From positions 62,186,001 to 62,250,000 of the forward strand of contig CM060734.1 of the NCBI GenBank assembly GCA_030704615.1: DNA of 64,000 bases, given 5' to 3'. This DNA comes from Takakia lepidozioides (Eukaryota; Plantae; Bryophyta). A model generated the notes under the pieces. It made no database searches. It was not told where the DNA came from and worked only from the letters and a program-made list of their open reading frames with translations. Positions within the stretch are counted from its first letter, which is position 1, and every line of letters starts with the position of its first letter. This document shows, in pieces, positions 48,695 to 62,412 of this stretch. The position numbers and the translations under genes were made by a program.

Positions 48695-49812
48695 TTGTAC
48701 TCATAAGACGTTGTTTGCCGTAGCCTTGTGGCCATTGACCCCGCGCCCAGTTTGAGCGGGAACAAAAGGGACAGAACCTACCTCTGTCAGGGGCTGACGT
48801 TGGTAGTAAGACTTACCTCCATATAAAGAATTAATCCGGGTTTTCCAGATATCCTCTAGAAATCCCTTCACACAAGCATCAATCTGCTGTGTGTGATTTG
48901 CCCAAAAACGAGGCCTCAAGAGGGCCTGGGCTTTTGGCTCAGCCTCGAGACTTTCAAAGTTGGTAAACAGGGGTACAGGCACAATTCCCTTAATAGATTT
49001 GAAGAGAGCGTCTCTTTGGTGAGAGAACCCCGGACAGTGTATCAGAAAATGAATACTGTCTTCAGATTGCCCACACAACGGGCAATTGCACTCTCCCTTT
49101 CCTCTCTGCTTCTGTTTGCTGTTCAAAGGTAGGCTTCCTGCCCTGCGTTTAAATTTCAGTCTAGTGCCGAGAGTGGGTAGACCCTTGAGGTCATCCAAGA
49201 TGTCCTCCCCCGCGTCACAGACTGGAAACAAGTTCAGGGAAGTTTTCTGCCTAACTTCATTTTCATCAGACAATCTCATGGCAACAGACATGGCTGAGGA
49301 CACTACAGCCTCTAAGTCAGATTTATCCAGCAGGGTCAAGACTTGCGGATCCAGGTCCAGGTCCTTGAGGATCTCTTCTACTCTCTTCTGCCAGGACTTA
49401 GCCTGTTTGACAGGGCGGTCCTGTTTCCAAGATATAGAGTCGATTAACTTAGGATATCTGGTGTTGGGCATATGTTGCAGCTGACCCCACCATCTGACCT
49501 TGAATTCATCTCGTCGGGAGCTTAAGGACGGAATGCCAAACTCACCCCGAACAGCCACATTGGCTGTTTTGGAGCATGCTGACATACACTCCTTAAGCAC
49601 CCCCACTTGAATGGATTCTAGAGACTTAGCCTGGTTGGAGTTATCAACCAATATAGCAGATCCGTACTCCAAGGCAGGTCTAATAACGCGACAAAGCATG
49701 GTTTTCTTGACCTCAGAGTTGACCCCTCTGCAGTGGAAAAATTTAGTGAGCCCCAGAGCTTTGCCCTTGCCAGTTTGAACAACTTTCCGGATATGTGCAT
49801 CCCAATTACAAT
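48695..49812 (-). mobile_element. 5'-truncated LINE (RT thumb and C-terminal CCHC zinc finger) with 14-bp TSD
   Basis: VIRPALEYGS..., CPLCGQSEDSIHFLIHCP; GAGAGTTTGAGAGA flanks it at 48681-48694 and 49813-49826. Confidence 0.9.
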
Positions 49813-50261
49813 GAGAGTTTGAGAGAGAGAGAGTGAGAGAGAGACCCGCCACCATATCCCCTGGTAATAAGGCAGTCCCTGAAAGAGCGAGTGAAGGGAC
49901 TGCATTGCATACCACCAACTCTTTTCTATAAAAAACCTCTTCTCTACATACTATCTGGTCGAGTGAGGTGTGATCTTCTCCTTCTCACTGCCATTGACCT
50001 CAGTACATTCTCTCTGATGTGTCCAATTTCAAATCTACCATGAAAGCATTTTAAGAGAAACTTCAGTAGAAAGTTTATTTTTAGAGAGTTGGTGCGTCTA
50101 TGGAGCCAACTTGAAGCCGACGCTCTGGTTCGTCAGAAGAAGAAGGAAACCCAGCACAGCGAGCCATCCACTCGGTTGTGTTGCAGGAGGTTTCTCACTT
50201 GTGATTTCGCATTGTGTTGATTTGACGTGAACGAGGCTCCGAACCTTCACGCACAACACAC

Positions 50262-53200
50262 ATGGAGCAGTCGGCTTGGTTTGGGCGGCCGTGGGCAGAT
50301 CTCAATGATGGGCTTCTCTACTCTGACACCGTCCGCAACTCTTCCCCTCGTAAAGTCCTGCCATCCTCTGCCATCCTTCATATTACATCCTATTTTGTTC
50401 AAGCAACCATGTCAGAACACTGTGGTTGTGGGCTTCCTAGAACAGCGGAAATTTGCGGGTTTCTCTGGTGATTTACATATGCACAGCCAGATATAAACCT
50501 GTTTGAGATTCATACAATTTGTTGCTGATTTACTATCATCGAATCTTTGTTCAAATGCTGGCACTGCGTTTGCGTTTGCAGCTCAGAGTCTGCTGGAGTA
50601 CTACTCGTCGAGGTATAAGGACTCAGCATCTAAGCAAGGGTATGTAAAGTCTTTAAAAGCTGAGGTTTAATTCGTTACTTGCAATGGCGAAAGCGTACGA
50701 TACATGGGGAGAAATTCCTCCTCGAATTGCAATCCAAATTCCTCCACTCTTTACTCTGAGAATGTGGAGGAATATGAGGTACTGCCCATGTAAGTCCTTT
50801 GATGCAAGACAAGAATCTTTGTTGTATCGGTTCCAAAGATGATTCTTTCTTCCATGGTGAGAATGTAACAGAGAGCTGATAATGAGGTGTGGGTGACAAT
50901 AGCTGGCTGCAGAGAATACGCAATGGCCAGGTGCAGTTTTAGCGTCCTTCATCCCAGTTTGGTGTTTTGTACTGGACATACCGTCTTGCTCGGTCTTTTG
51001 CCGGAATTGCGAGTTGTTATAATGACTCGATCACCAATTTGGAAAGCAGATAGGGGTGGACGGAAAGGTGACAACTGCCTCAAATTTCGTTCCCAGGTTC
51101 TTGGAACTCCTCTTTTGCCACACTTCTCACTTCATGAATTTTCACGATGATGATTCACAACCAGATGAGTTTGTGCTGAACTTGCACCTTGTGTGTCAGG
51201 ACTGGGGCTTGTTTGGTATACCACCGGCTTCCATGGAGGGAGCCTGATGTTCCATTTCGGCTCCATGTGCTCTATGAAGATGAACACTTAGTAAGGGCTG
51301 CACCTTTGTGTCCTATTCTACCATCTCTTATTTGTACTCCTGTCTTTGTTGTAGGATACTTGTTTGTTTAGGTCTTATCTGTACATGGTTGTCACTGTAA
51401 ACCTGCAGTGTCTGGGAATGCCATTGTCTTTTTCTTCCATTTGGGGCGGACCCATTCCTACTCTCTGTGTGAGGCAGGTAGCAGTCAACAAACCATCAGG
51501 CCTCCAGGTGCTGCCTGGGGGTCTGTTTCAGCAGAGGACTGTCCTCACACAGTTACAGTGGCGGACTGCTGCTCAAGTGAAGGACAATCACGATCTTGCA
51601 ACCTTACATCCATCGAAAGACCTGTGGAAACCCTGTCCAGTCCATCGGCTTGGAAGAGGCACGTCAGGTGTGGGCCCCACCATCTTGATTGGACTTGGTT
51701 CATGTGTTAAGACTAAATCCTTTCTTACAAGTACTTGTTCAGATGTGTCAAGGTGGGAAAGTTGTGTCACCTAGGGTGAAGAGATTTTGTCCTATAGGTA
51801 CTAAGTTCTTCTTGTACTCCAATTTATTGTTGTGGGTTCTTGGCAGGAGTTCTTCTCTGCGCAAAATCACCGGCTGCCAAGTCTCAACTGGCTGCTGACT
51901 TTGCCTCTGGAACATCTGCAAGCACAACGGGCAGGTTTGGTTTCCATCAAGTGTTTGACTTCTTCTTGATAGACTTTAGTTTCCAATACTCTGTCCCATA
52001 CCCTCAACTTTAAATCAGTTGCCCTTGGTACCTGGCTAAAGGTTTTTAGCCATTGTTTCCAGCTTGATCCATTGAATTGCTGCAGTGGAGTAGAACTGAG
52101 ACTGGTCTAGTGTGGGACATGACACATCGTACTATGGCTTCTTCCATAATACAGGAAGCATACCAGAAAGCATGGAATGGTGAGTTAGGCAATAACAATG
52201 TGGAAATTGAGGACAACTTCCATGACTGGAACCAAGTAGTAACACATGAGGAGAACATGAGGGTGACAGGGTCTATGCATAGTGTGGGGGGAGAAGTTTG
52301 GGAACCCAGCCACCAAGAAAAATTGGAGACTTGCTGGTGCAGTCTGCGTACCAGGCTTCGGATTAACCCAGAACTAACTCAGGAACAGAAGTCTGAACTA
52401 GAATTGGACCATATCAACTTATATTTTTCATTATTTCTGTGGACTCTTATGCTTTATGCAAATTTTGTTGCAGGAGGTTAGATGGTAACCCAGAGGCCAA
52501 TCGACGAATAAGTAAAACATACCGAGCTCTGGCAACCGGTGTTATCTTGGCTGATGAGGTCTGGTTCCTGACTATGCCTACCTAGGTCCTCTTTGGCTGC
52601 TCTACATATAGATGGTTTGACACATGAATGGTCCAAAGAGCAGCAGTACTCTTGAAAGTTAGGAAGTATGTGCTTTGTCTCACAAAAGCATTTGGCTATA
52701 GCCAAGTGTTTTAGATGGTGTACGCAGGTCTTTCTCCGCTGCATGTCAATTCTCACTGGTTGTTATTCCATTTGTTTGTAGGTTGCCATGGACCAGCCGA
52801 TAGGGAGGGTGCCATACTCAGGAGTTGCTGGTGGGCTTTATATGGCATCTGAAACTGGTATTTTCCTAATTATATCACAAAAGCTGTTATCAGGTGAACT
52901 TGATTCGGGGTTACTTGTGAGCAACCGGTCTGTAGGGATACTTCAGTTTACGTGCCTTGGCAAATCTTGTGCACGGCCTACTAGCTGAAGTTGTGGGACC
53001 TGCATTGGAAATTTCAGATGGTTTAGCACATTTGTCCAATATGATACAAAATACTGGTGTAACAAAGCAAGATATTTAGTGGACCTGCATTACTTGCCGG
53101 TTACAGGAATTTTTTTTAAATTTTGATGTGGATTGTAGCTGCTGGAGGGAAACCATCTCGAAGCAAAGTCACTGTTCTTTGGCGGAACAAAATTGATAAC

Positions 53201-54731
53201 CAAAGTCTAGTTGAGGTATTCTCATGTCCGCATTCATGAATGTGGTTCTTCCTCATCTCATGAGACTCACTGCATGGTAAATTGCAAACTCCTTTTCCGT
53301 TGTCTCCTGTTATTTCTCCTCTTAATGTCTTCTGATTTGATGACATTCATACAATAATATAAAGCCTGCTTGCAGAGTGTCCCCAGTGATTTTTATAGAT
53401 ATGTATCTCATATTGGTTTGGCATAGCTCTGAGTCAGACAGTTCTGCAAGATTATCTGGCTGCTTTAAAAAGATGCGCTCATGACCATTTGCAGGTGCAA
53501 ATCTTCACAGGGCGTCCACATCAGATACGCATACACCTGGCAGCACTTGGGCATCCCCTAGTGGGTGGGTTCCACTACTTACCTTTGTTACTGATTATAG
53601 AAGAGATCGTCATTACCTGTTCAGTGATTGTTATCTTGGGTTGTGGATTCATATCTTCAATGATCGCTTCCACACTGAGTTGGGGTGTGAGGTGACGCCC
53701 AGTGTGTATGTCTAGTACTGCTACGTGGTTCATGCAGTAAAGTTTGATCCATCCAACAGTACGATCGATACATTATACCATCATGACTTGTATTTTGTAA
53801 CATGTACATGTAGGTGTGGGTTATGTGTTCTAGTCAGCTCCTGCCTTCATCTGATATGCACAAGAACCTGTGCATTGACAAATGATGGTGGTGCTTTGTA
53901 AACAGGTGACCCTCTCTACGTTGCAGGGGGAAAACCTAGAGCAGATTTTACAACTGTGGTCAGCAACTTCCAGATGGAGCTGGATCCTGCTGAGGATGGG
54001 TAAGTTTCTGGCAGAAACTGGCTGCTGGGACTAGAACTGATTGTTTTGTTGGGACTTCAGTGATTGGTTTAACGCATGCCCTATATGCAAATAAAGCGAC
54101 ATGCAGTGATATACTACCACCAAAGCTTGCATTCTTGGTGGTATCCGCTGTTGAGATTCATTTCATTGGCGTAAGCAGGAAAGTAGCCTGATTGCTGTAT
54201 GTTCAGAGAGATTCTGTGACATGTGCATGATGCATTTGGAGTGGCAGAGGTTACCAAAGGCCGAGCTCTGCAGTGCCAGGTGACACGGGCTACTTATTGC
54301 ATGCGTGCCGTTTGTCATTTATCCACCCTATAACCAACCAGGCAAGCTACACGCCTGAATATTGTTTACACATGTATATTGAATGAACGTGGGCCGAGAT
54401 GATCGGTTGTACAGTCTCAACTTTAAGTGATGATGCATTATTGCAAGTAGGAGTTCTAATCTTAACTGCACCTTACCTAGGTGAAATACCTGCATCGGAT
54501 GCTAGGAAACCGTTGCTTATTCACCTGCTGCTTACCCAGGATTTTGCACTCGATCAGTTTGGAGGCATCTTCAAGGGCTGTGAAGTTGTAGATCCGGAAA
54601 CTGATGCTTGGCGCTGGTTGAACAATCTGTGTGTTCTACAGCGCATGGAGGTGTTGGCACCACCTCCTCCAGAGCTATGTGCTCCAAATGAGAACCATGA
54701 CTCCAACAAGCGTCCATCAATACTTACCTAA
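50262..54731 (+). CDS. RluA-family RNA pseudouridine synthase (plant PUS5/RLUA5-like), ~13 exons
   Basis: Exons: WADLNDGLLYSD; LLEYYSSRYKDSA; WLQRIRNGQ; YHRLPWREP..VLYED; AVNKPSGLQVLPGG...PVHRLGRGTSG; SKTYRALATG; PIGRVPY; VQIFTGRPHQIRIHLA..GHPLV; GDPLY; GYLLHA; APPP. Confidence 0.9.
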
Positions 54732-56673
54732 CCTCCAATAGGGTGAGTTCTAAATATCTCCCCTCCCTGCAGACTCATCTCTCTGTTTCTCTGGCTATGC
54801 ATATTGTCCATACATGCTTGTCAGTGACAGTGGCGTCTCTATGGGTACGTCTTTCATTTCCTATTACTCTTTTGGCATCCTTCTCCACAACTTACCTGCT
54901 AGTAAAACTTCAAAGACCCATGTGAATGCCTGTAATGTTTTTTCACCTTACTGAAGTCTCGAGCTGTGTATTATGCAAACTGTAGTGCAACTAGAGGAGC
55001 TGTGAATCAATTCATCAGGAATAATCTTGCATAGATGAGGTGCATGGCGGGAATATGGCACACTGTGGGGGGCTTCTCTTCCCAGCCTGCTCACTTATGC
55101 TTCACTATTCTTTTTGTTGTGCTCCTCTCTTCATGCAAAGGCGCTGCGTTGACAGTTGCGACCCCTCGATTTGGAACAGTCGAAATGGTTCTGAAACTGA
55201 AACGAGCGTACTATTCATCGTGGATGATGGACAAGTATTGGAAAGCGAAGGAGTTGGAGGAAGAACAGGAAGCCGCCAAATCTGAGAAAGTGGTGGCAGC
55301 ATGCTCAGTCACACTGGACTAGATGGGAACAAGCGACATTTGTTTTTCAGAAGAAATGTGGCACTTTTGGGTGCTCGCTGTTTGCAGCACCAAACTGCGG
55401 AAGGTTGGAAGGCAGTTCCACTTGTGCTATGATTTTCACATGTGTACTTTCTTTCAAGCTCCCCAATCGCATCTTCTTCTCAGGTCTGACTATGGTTGCC
55501 CCTCCCCGACCTATCCCACCTTGGTTGGGGAGGGCAACCATAGACAGACCCGAGAAGAGATGCGATTGAGAAGCTTGAAAGAAAGGAAAAAATCAGAGAT
55601 ATCATTGCACTATAATATTGTTGGCGCATTGAGCTGGAAGTAGTGCAGGCCAAGGCAATGGAGGAACATGAGCAGATTCTAATAAAATTGTGTTTAATTG
55701 AATGTCTTTGTTATCTTTATTAATTCTCACCTCCTGCTGTTTGCAAAACCAAGCACATTTCCATATGCAATCTTCATGCCATCCCACATTGCAACATTCA
55801 TTCATATTATTTTTCTTACACCGTGAATATATATCGGCCAATCACAAGTCGCCAATCAAGCAAACTGCATTCGCATACTTGCTTGAATCATTCAAGTAGT
55901 CATATAATCATATAAACACACACACACCGCAGTCATTCTCATCCTCCTGCAGTATTATGTATGACTAATAATCATATCTACACTCCTAGTGCAATCGGTC
56001 AAACATGTTTTACCGTAGATCCGAATTTCTAAGAATCATGTAGTCATTTATCCATCTTCCGCAGCCACAACATAGGGATGGCAATGGCATTCCCGACTGT
56101 GTTGGTCGTTTGTAGACAGATCTGCATATGACTGCAGAGAAACTATCTGGACATTCAAAGCACATGTCTAGATACTGGATGACCCTAGACCCCAAAAAAA
56201 TTATGCACTTGAGTACCCTAACTTGCCAAAGGATGACTTTTTCAACCCCTTTTTGTGAGCTTTCAACAGAGTTTTCTTCATACCAACTGTTCTGCTTCGG
56301 AGCTTTATACCTAGTATACTCTGCAGTTTGTCAACCAAACTTTACAATAGGGGTTTTCGTGATATCCTTGCTGCTGAACTGTGATCATCACCATGGCACC
56401 AGCACATAAGAATAATGACCCAGAGGGCCAAAACTCACCCAGAAGCTCACTAGGTAGTAAACTCAACTTCCCACAATTCACACAGTCCAACCTGCTTACA
56501 AGAATGTAAGCAAACCACCATCCATTTTGTACCATTCTTGCCTCAAAGAGCCTGTTCTCCTTAATCCTTGCCTGTTAGAGATAGTACTACGAAACTGGAC
56601 AACAATCTTAAAATTGCTTGATATCCAACCACACAAGAAATGTGGAAAAAGCACCAGAATCTCCTATCATTTC

Positions 56674-57778
56674 TTAACTCTTAGCTTTTAGACCATTGTT
56701 CTCTTTTATCCTGCGCCGATTATCGAGCTTCAACAGCCGTAGTACCTGCATGCATTGAAGTGTGCCTAGTTTGAAGTCAGACTCACAACACATAAGTTGT
56801 TCCTTGAACCTGTGAAACCATCAATTCTTCTATTAGTCAAACTGTGTCTCCCGATACCTCTCTCTCTGTCCAGTTCCATATCTACTCTTTTCTGACTCCG
56901 TATCTACTCCTCTGACTCCCGCCAGGCAATGGAAACCACCCTCCTATGAGTATCTCTAAAGCCCTTTCTCTCCAACAACAACCTGCTCCATAACTGAGAC
57001 ATAATGTACAAAAATATTTGGTAGAAAACCATGATGCGCTGTCATTTGAAAAAGCATGTACCTCAGGTTCTGGCAAAGTTTCGGGTTTCTTTCTTTTCAA
57101 TTCACTAAGTGGAACCTTCTTCTCCAGAAGACCAAATAGCCACTCTGGGTAGTCACTGCAAGGACAAGCTGCATGAAATCAGAAAACAGGCCCACATTGG
57201 TTTTCTTACACAAGGGATGAGAGAGGGAGAGGAAAATGTACCATTCCCTGCCAGGGATGGTTTTGAAATAGCCCAAAAGGAATGGTCCCAGCAGGAAACT
57301 AAGCTCATTGTGGGATGTCTGACTCATCCTAAATTGCCCAATTTTGTGCGATAATTAAGTGTTTGTCATGTGTGAGAGATAGAGACCTATCAGGAACAAT
57401 CGCTGGGTCAGAGCCATCCTTCAGGATGTTGGCACCCAGAACCGCCTTCTCTCGCAGCTCCTTGCTCACCACTGGTGGCGGTGGCACTGTTCTTTCCATG
57501 CCCATGCCCCACAAACACACGAATTGGTGGAGAATGACAAAGTTCTGAAGAAGTTGTCAAATCTTCGTATGGCCTCAAGCCAAACTCCAAAGGAAAGACA
57601 TGTGACCAATTTTACACAGAACAGGCACAACACCCAAATGGATAGTACATATACCATCTGATCGAGATTTCTTCGACTTCGCAGGAGTAGAACCGCCAGC
57701 CTTCTTCGAGGGTCCAGCGGCACGAAGGCGAAGAGCGCCCTGTAGCGCCCGGGCCCGAGCCCCTGCTATCATCATCAT
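56674..57778 (-). CDS. Mitochondrial large-subunit ribosomal protein mL54 (MRPL37 family), 4 exons
   Basis: Arg/Ala-rich presequence; AVLGANILKDGSDPAIVPD | DYPEWLFGLLEKKVPLSELKRK | VLRLLKLDNRRRIKENN.LKAKS*. Confidence 0.88.
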
Positions 57779-58344
57779 CTCCCACTTGATTTTCACACCC
57801 TAGCTTCAGCCCCTAAACCTCTCGATTCTCTCTGTCATGCAAAACGCATTCTTGAGCTAGAAGCCTCTGGAGGGGGAGTGGATGAAAATCATCTTTTTCA
57901 CCACGCCCTTCACAAGAATTTTCGGGGACCCAGATTCTCCTTGCGGCGATACCCATTCAAGGTGGAGATCGCGCCGGGTGCAAAGAGCCTTCTCAACTAC
58001 GTGAATGGGTACCACATACTCTTCAGAATGATCTGTTTTTCAAGGAGTTGCCCCATGCATGTAGTAGCACCCATTTGCACAATGAGTCCACCGGGTAACC
58101 CACAGCGGACGGAACTTCCCCAAGGGGACAACACGGACGGACACGACAATGTGGACGGAAATGGGATGCGTTCCTGGCTAGAGCGGACGGAATTTCCCGG
58201 TGGAGTACTGGAATCTCTGAACGGAGTGTCACTTTCTGGCAGACATAAGAAGCAGCGCCATGGACTGGATAATACGGCACTAGCAGCATCTACTTGCATG
58301 CTAGCACTTAGATTAACTGACCAGGATAAGCAAAAGGTTTCTCT

Positions 58345-61300
58345 CTCTCTCTCAAACTCTGGAATTGGACATGTCAGTGAAGTAAAAGCAATCACATGCA
58401 TTCATTTGAGAGCCCATCTGAGGAGTACCCATAACACCAATGGCTGGTGCTGCAATGTTATATCATCACAACCAAAACATAGCTTGCAATACTACAGATT
58501 GGCTGCCTATTTATTTGAGATCTACCACCACATGACTGTAGCCCTGTGCTGCGACATTCGGCACACTTTGGGTGGTCAGCCATGGCATGATATTTTCAGC
58601 AAACCCATAGAAAATCATGCTTGGGCTGACCTCCTTTAAGCTTGAGGTGCAAAAAATTCATCTAATGAAAAATTACAGTAATAGCAACTTCACGAGTGAC
58701 CCATGCTGAGTTTGCTAAGTACATCGGACATGTCTTCAATATATCCATTTCCCGTAACAGACTCTTGCTGTCTCCTTGCTGGAGGATGGAGAATTGCTCA
58801 AAAGGTTCCAATTCGCTCATCAGATGATGGCAAATATCAGCTTCTGACCTGCTGACCAGTTCTATTTGATCCATGATATCCACTGTTGCTGAGGAGGGGG
58901 CCACAGCTGGGTTTTATGATGTTGGAGCTGAGAGTCTTTGGCTTAGAGAGAGCTGAGCCACAGAGTTCGGGGATGATAGATCAACCAGCGGAGTTGGAGC
59001 AGAGGGCCTTGACTTCATGTGGACTCCGGTGTTCTCTTTGCTGGCAGCGCGAAATTCCCCCTGAATGAGCTCCGCCCTTAGCTTCTGAATCTTCTTCTTT
59101 ATATTGGCACCACCATCAGGAAGTTTGGCAACAGTAACCTGCAAAGGGAATGCTCACCTTATTTGTGGCAGAAATCGGGTTTAGAATTCCACAATGCAAA
59201 ATAACCATTCTACTCCAACTAGATTACTACTGAGTTCATCAAACTATATCAGCCGTCACAAATGGCAACTTGGAAAGAGTTTGGTTTAGGTGAAATGGTT
59301 CTATTGCAAAGGCGGATAGATTTTAGTCTCTATTATGACCTCTTTCCTACCAGTGGGCATTACCTACAACTAGCTAGCTGGAAATCCAAACGGGGGAGTT
59401 GTTGCTAAAGCGATATAGCAGTTCATGAGAACTCATCGCCGTGAGGGTACCTCCTCGGTCATAAATGCAGAGCATAGAAGATTTGGTACATTTCGTGATG
59501 TCTTAGCCCCAGTGAAGTCAGATAGCTCTATCGAGGTATAGGGTGTAGTCTGGAATACCGTATCATCAAGAGTCTTTACAAGACGCTCATTTTGGCTTCA
59601 CAAAAACAGCACTTTAAGCCACACATTATCACGAGTGCTTGAGGCTTGCAAGTCTACAGTGGCAGCTGCCAAAACGCCCCCTCTTCTGATACAAACCATA
59701 ACCCAATAATGAGGATACTAGCATGCATCAAACTGAGAAACATGATAACAACATAATCCCACTGTCAGAAACACAGGAATATTTCTGTGAAAAAAAAAGC
59801 AGAACTTTGAAGCACAGAAAAGACCAAGCAAACCATGCCTGGCAGAAGGTATGCTCTTCCTAGCAGTATTCACACTCCAACGCTCTTCCTTGAACTGTTG
59901 TCCAGTGTATGCTGGATCCCTATGGACAGGACAGTGCACCATTTTAGATTCAAAGTGCCTTGCTGGAGCACTCCAGTTTGTTTGATTCAAAGTCGCCAGC
60001 CAGTGCTTCATTAGTAGCCGAAGACAGCTTCATATAAAGTTCATGCTACACAAACACCACAAATGCTAGGGTATATCATACTTTTAGACACTGGAGAAAA
60101 TTCATTTCCTGACAACCATCCATGTTTCTAAAGTGACACACATTGTGAAAAAACTCAAGGTCTTGATTTGATGACCGGCTTTGAGACCAGCTTTTGTTCT
60201 CTTTCTCATGAACAGAAATGCATGAAATGAAATGATTCTTAAAACGTCTGTGGAAAGCTCAAAGAGCCTAGGGACAAAGCCCAAGGCTTCCTACAACCTC
60301 CGGACCATCAGGTCAAACAGGAAGGAAGGAAGTTTATCACATTGACAGGAAGCATAAAGAACTTATATGGGACAAGGAAAAGAAATGAAATGGTGCTTTA
60401 TAACGTCCGCGGAAAGCTCTTAGAGCTTATGGGACAAAGTGGAAGAAAACATGAGAAAGGAGACAAAATCAGAGCCAGAAATAAAAAACTGTTGTTCGTG
60501 TGATGTCTAGGGGTGAGGGCCTCGTGCAGGTAAAGAATCACTTCCTCCCTCTCCTCTGTCGTTGAATGCTACCACTGCACATTTGCTGACATTAGCCTCT
60601 AGCCCCCAAAGATCAATGTATTTCTTCGCACAATCAATCAACTCCTGGAGATTGGTTGGAGTCTCCCCTATGCCTGCGAAGTCATCCGCAAACATAAGGG
60701 CTGGGATGGTGGTATCACCCACCCTTAACCCAAATCCCTCACTTTCCACATCCTCGAGGAGTTGATTGATGAAAACATTGAAGAGCAGAGGGGAGAGAGT
60801 AAGGAACGAGAAAGAAGAAGAAGAAAGAAGAAGGAAAGAGAAAAGAGAAGAGAACAGAGAAGTAGGGCCTGCAACACAGCAACCAAAATTAAATTTACTT
60901 CTACCATGCCCACTCCCCACAGTAAGGTGTGGAGTTACAGATACAAGCCTTGTCCACACACACCTTCGGAATATTTGAACACCGGTGCCTTTTCTGTCCA
61001 TGGACAAAAACCTCCTTGATCGCAGGGTATGCTTCTTACTTTATGCTGAACCATCAGTCTTTGGATACTGTAGCAATCTATAGGATTTGTGCACAATCAT
61101 GTGTGGGTCTCAAAGGGAAATTGTATTGTACCATACAAAACAATCTCCAATTGTCATAGACGTTACTGGTTATGATATTGCAATTTGTAGTTCACACAAT
61201 TTTACACCGTGTGAAGTACATACTGCTGTCCAATTCAGATTGCACAAATAGACACTCTGTAGGCTTCTTCGTATATGGCACTATAGTAATGCCTGCATTC

Positions 61301-62412
61301 TGCCCGATGGCAGACTAATGAATTGACTTTAATTGCATTTAGGGTCCACATGAGCCAGGCAGAAGGAGGTCATGTAAATAAAAGCTAGATGGTGTGCGAT
61401 TTCATTTCGAGGCACTTGGACCCAAATCAATTCATCGACAAATTTAAAAAGCATCAGGCCCCTTGGAGTCTATGACACCAAGCCAAACAAAAGCCACTGG
61501 TCGCCAGAAGAATTTTCATCGGAGGGGAGCAAGTTGTGTATTTCAATGTGGGATCGCTGATGGAATGGATGTTTGTGGGACATTACTCCCGGGTTTGATG
61601 GTGGTGTTTGCTTGTACCTTGGCTCCCAGGTAACAGCAACATCTGCTCATCAGGACCAGGGGGCGGCAACGGTTCTGCTGCTTTGGAAAAGAGAAAATCA
61701 TGATGGCTCACACCCACAATCCCCCGACCCTCCAAAAAATGAATGTGCTCCTCCACCCCTTCATCACTGCACAAAATCAACAAGCCAAACTGCCAACTCA
61801 TAGATTCAGTCATAATTCAATTCAGCAAGTAGAATAAAACAGTAGCTGAGGAAAAGCTTACAAAGCTTACATCTGGTGTTGACTGGCGTGCTCTTTGTGC
61901 AGCTGCTGCTGTGTCAAAGACACATCAAAACCGGGCTTTGGGACAGTGAACAATTCTCACAAATCCTGCACCCAGTTCTATCAAGGTTACTGTTAACTCG
62001 TCCTCCTCTCACTCAAGGTGATTCCAGTTTGAGTTTCCACACCCTGGTAGTAGACACATCCAGGAGGTTCAAATCCTGTCAGGACTCTATCTCGAGGGTA
62101 TGTCATAGGCAACATTTGACGGGAATGGTCAAAAAGTACCTATGTATGCCACCTAAGAGAGAAGCATAATTGTGGGACCTGCTGTGAAAAGTAGCGCATC
62201 TGTTCTTTATTTTCTGTTGCCACCTTCATCAGGCCTCCCTTGACAACCTGCCCTCAGCCCACACACATCATTCAGAGATTGTCTACAAACACTTGGCATG
62301 CCATTAGGCAATTAGTACAGAAGTCCAAGTTTTCATGTAGCAGGGATCTTGCAGTTACTTCTGAATCAGAAATCTGAGAGCAGGTCAAAGAAATGGGTTT
62401 CATACCTGCTTG
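58345..62412 (-). pseudogene. CHR24: CHR24-like 3' half, copy B (59150-62412 is a direct repeat of 31930-34968)
   Basis: Same exons and introns as copy A from RKQ onward, plus the last exon VTVAKLPDGGANIKKKI (59140-59040). Confidence 0.8.
60533..60800 (-). mobile_element. LINE reverse-transcriptase fragment present only in copy B
   Basis: LSPLLFNVFIN...IPALMFADDF...WGLEANVSKC; absent at the paralogous position ~33283. Confidence 0.85.

Noticed and set aside
57878-58639. 253-aa ORF
   Set aside because: Runs through the mL54 upstream region into the duplicated CHR24 3' flank; no motifs and not conserved in the paralogous copy.
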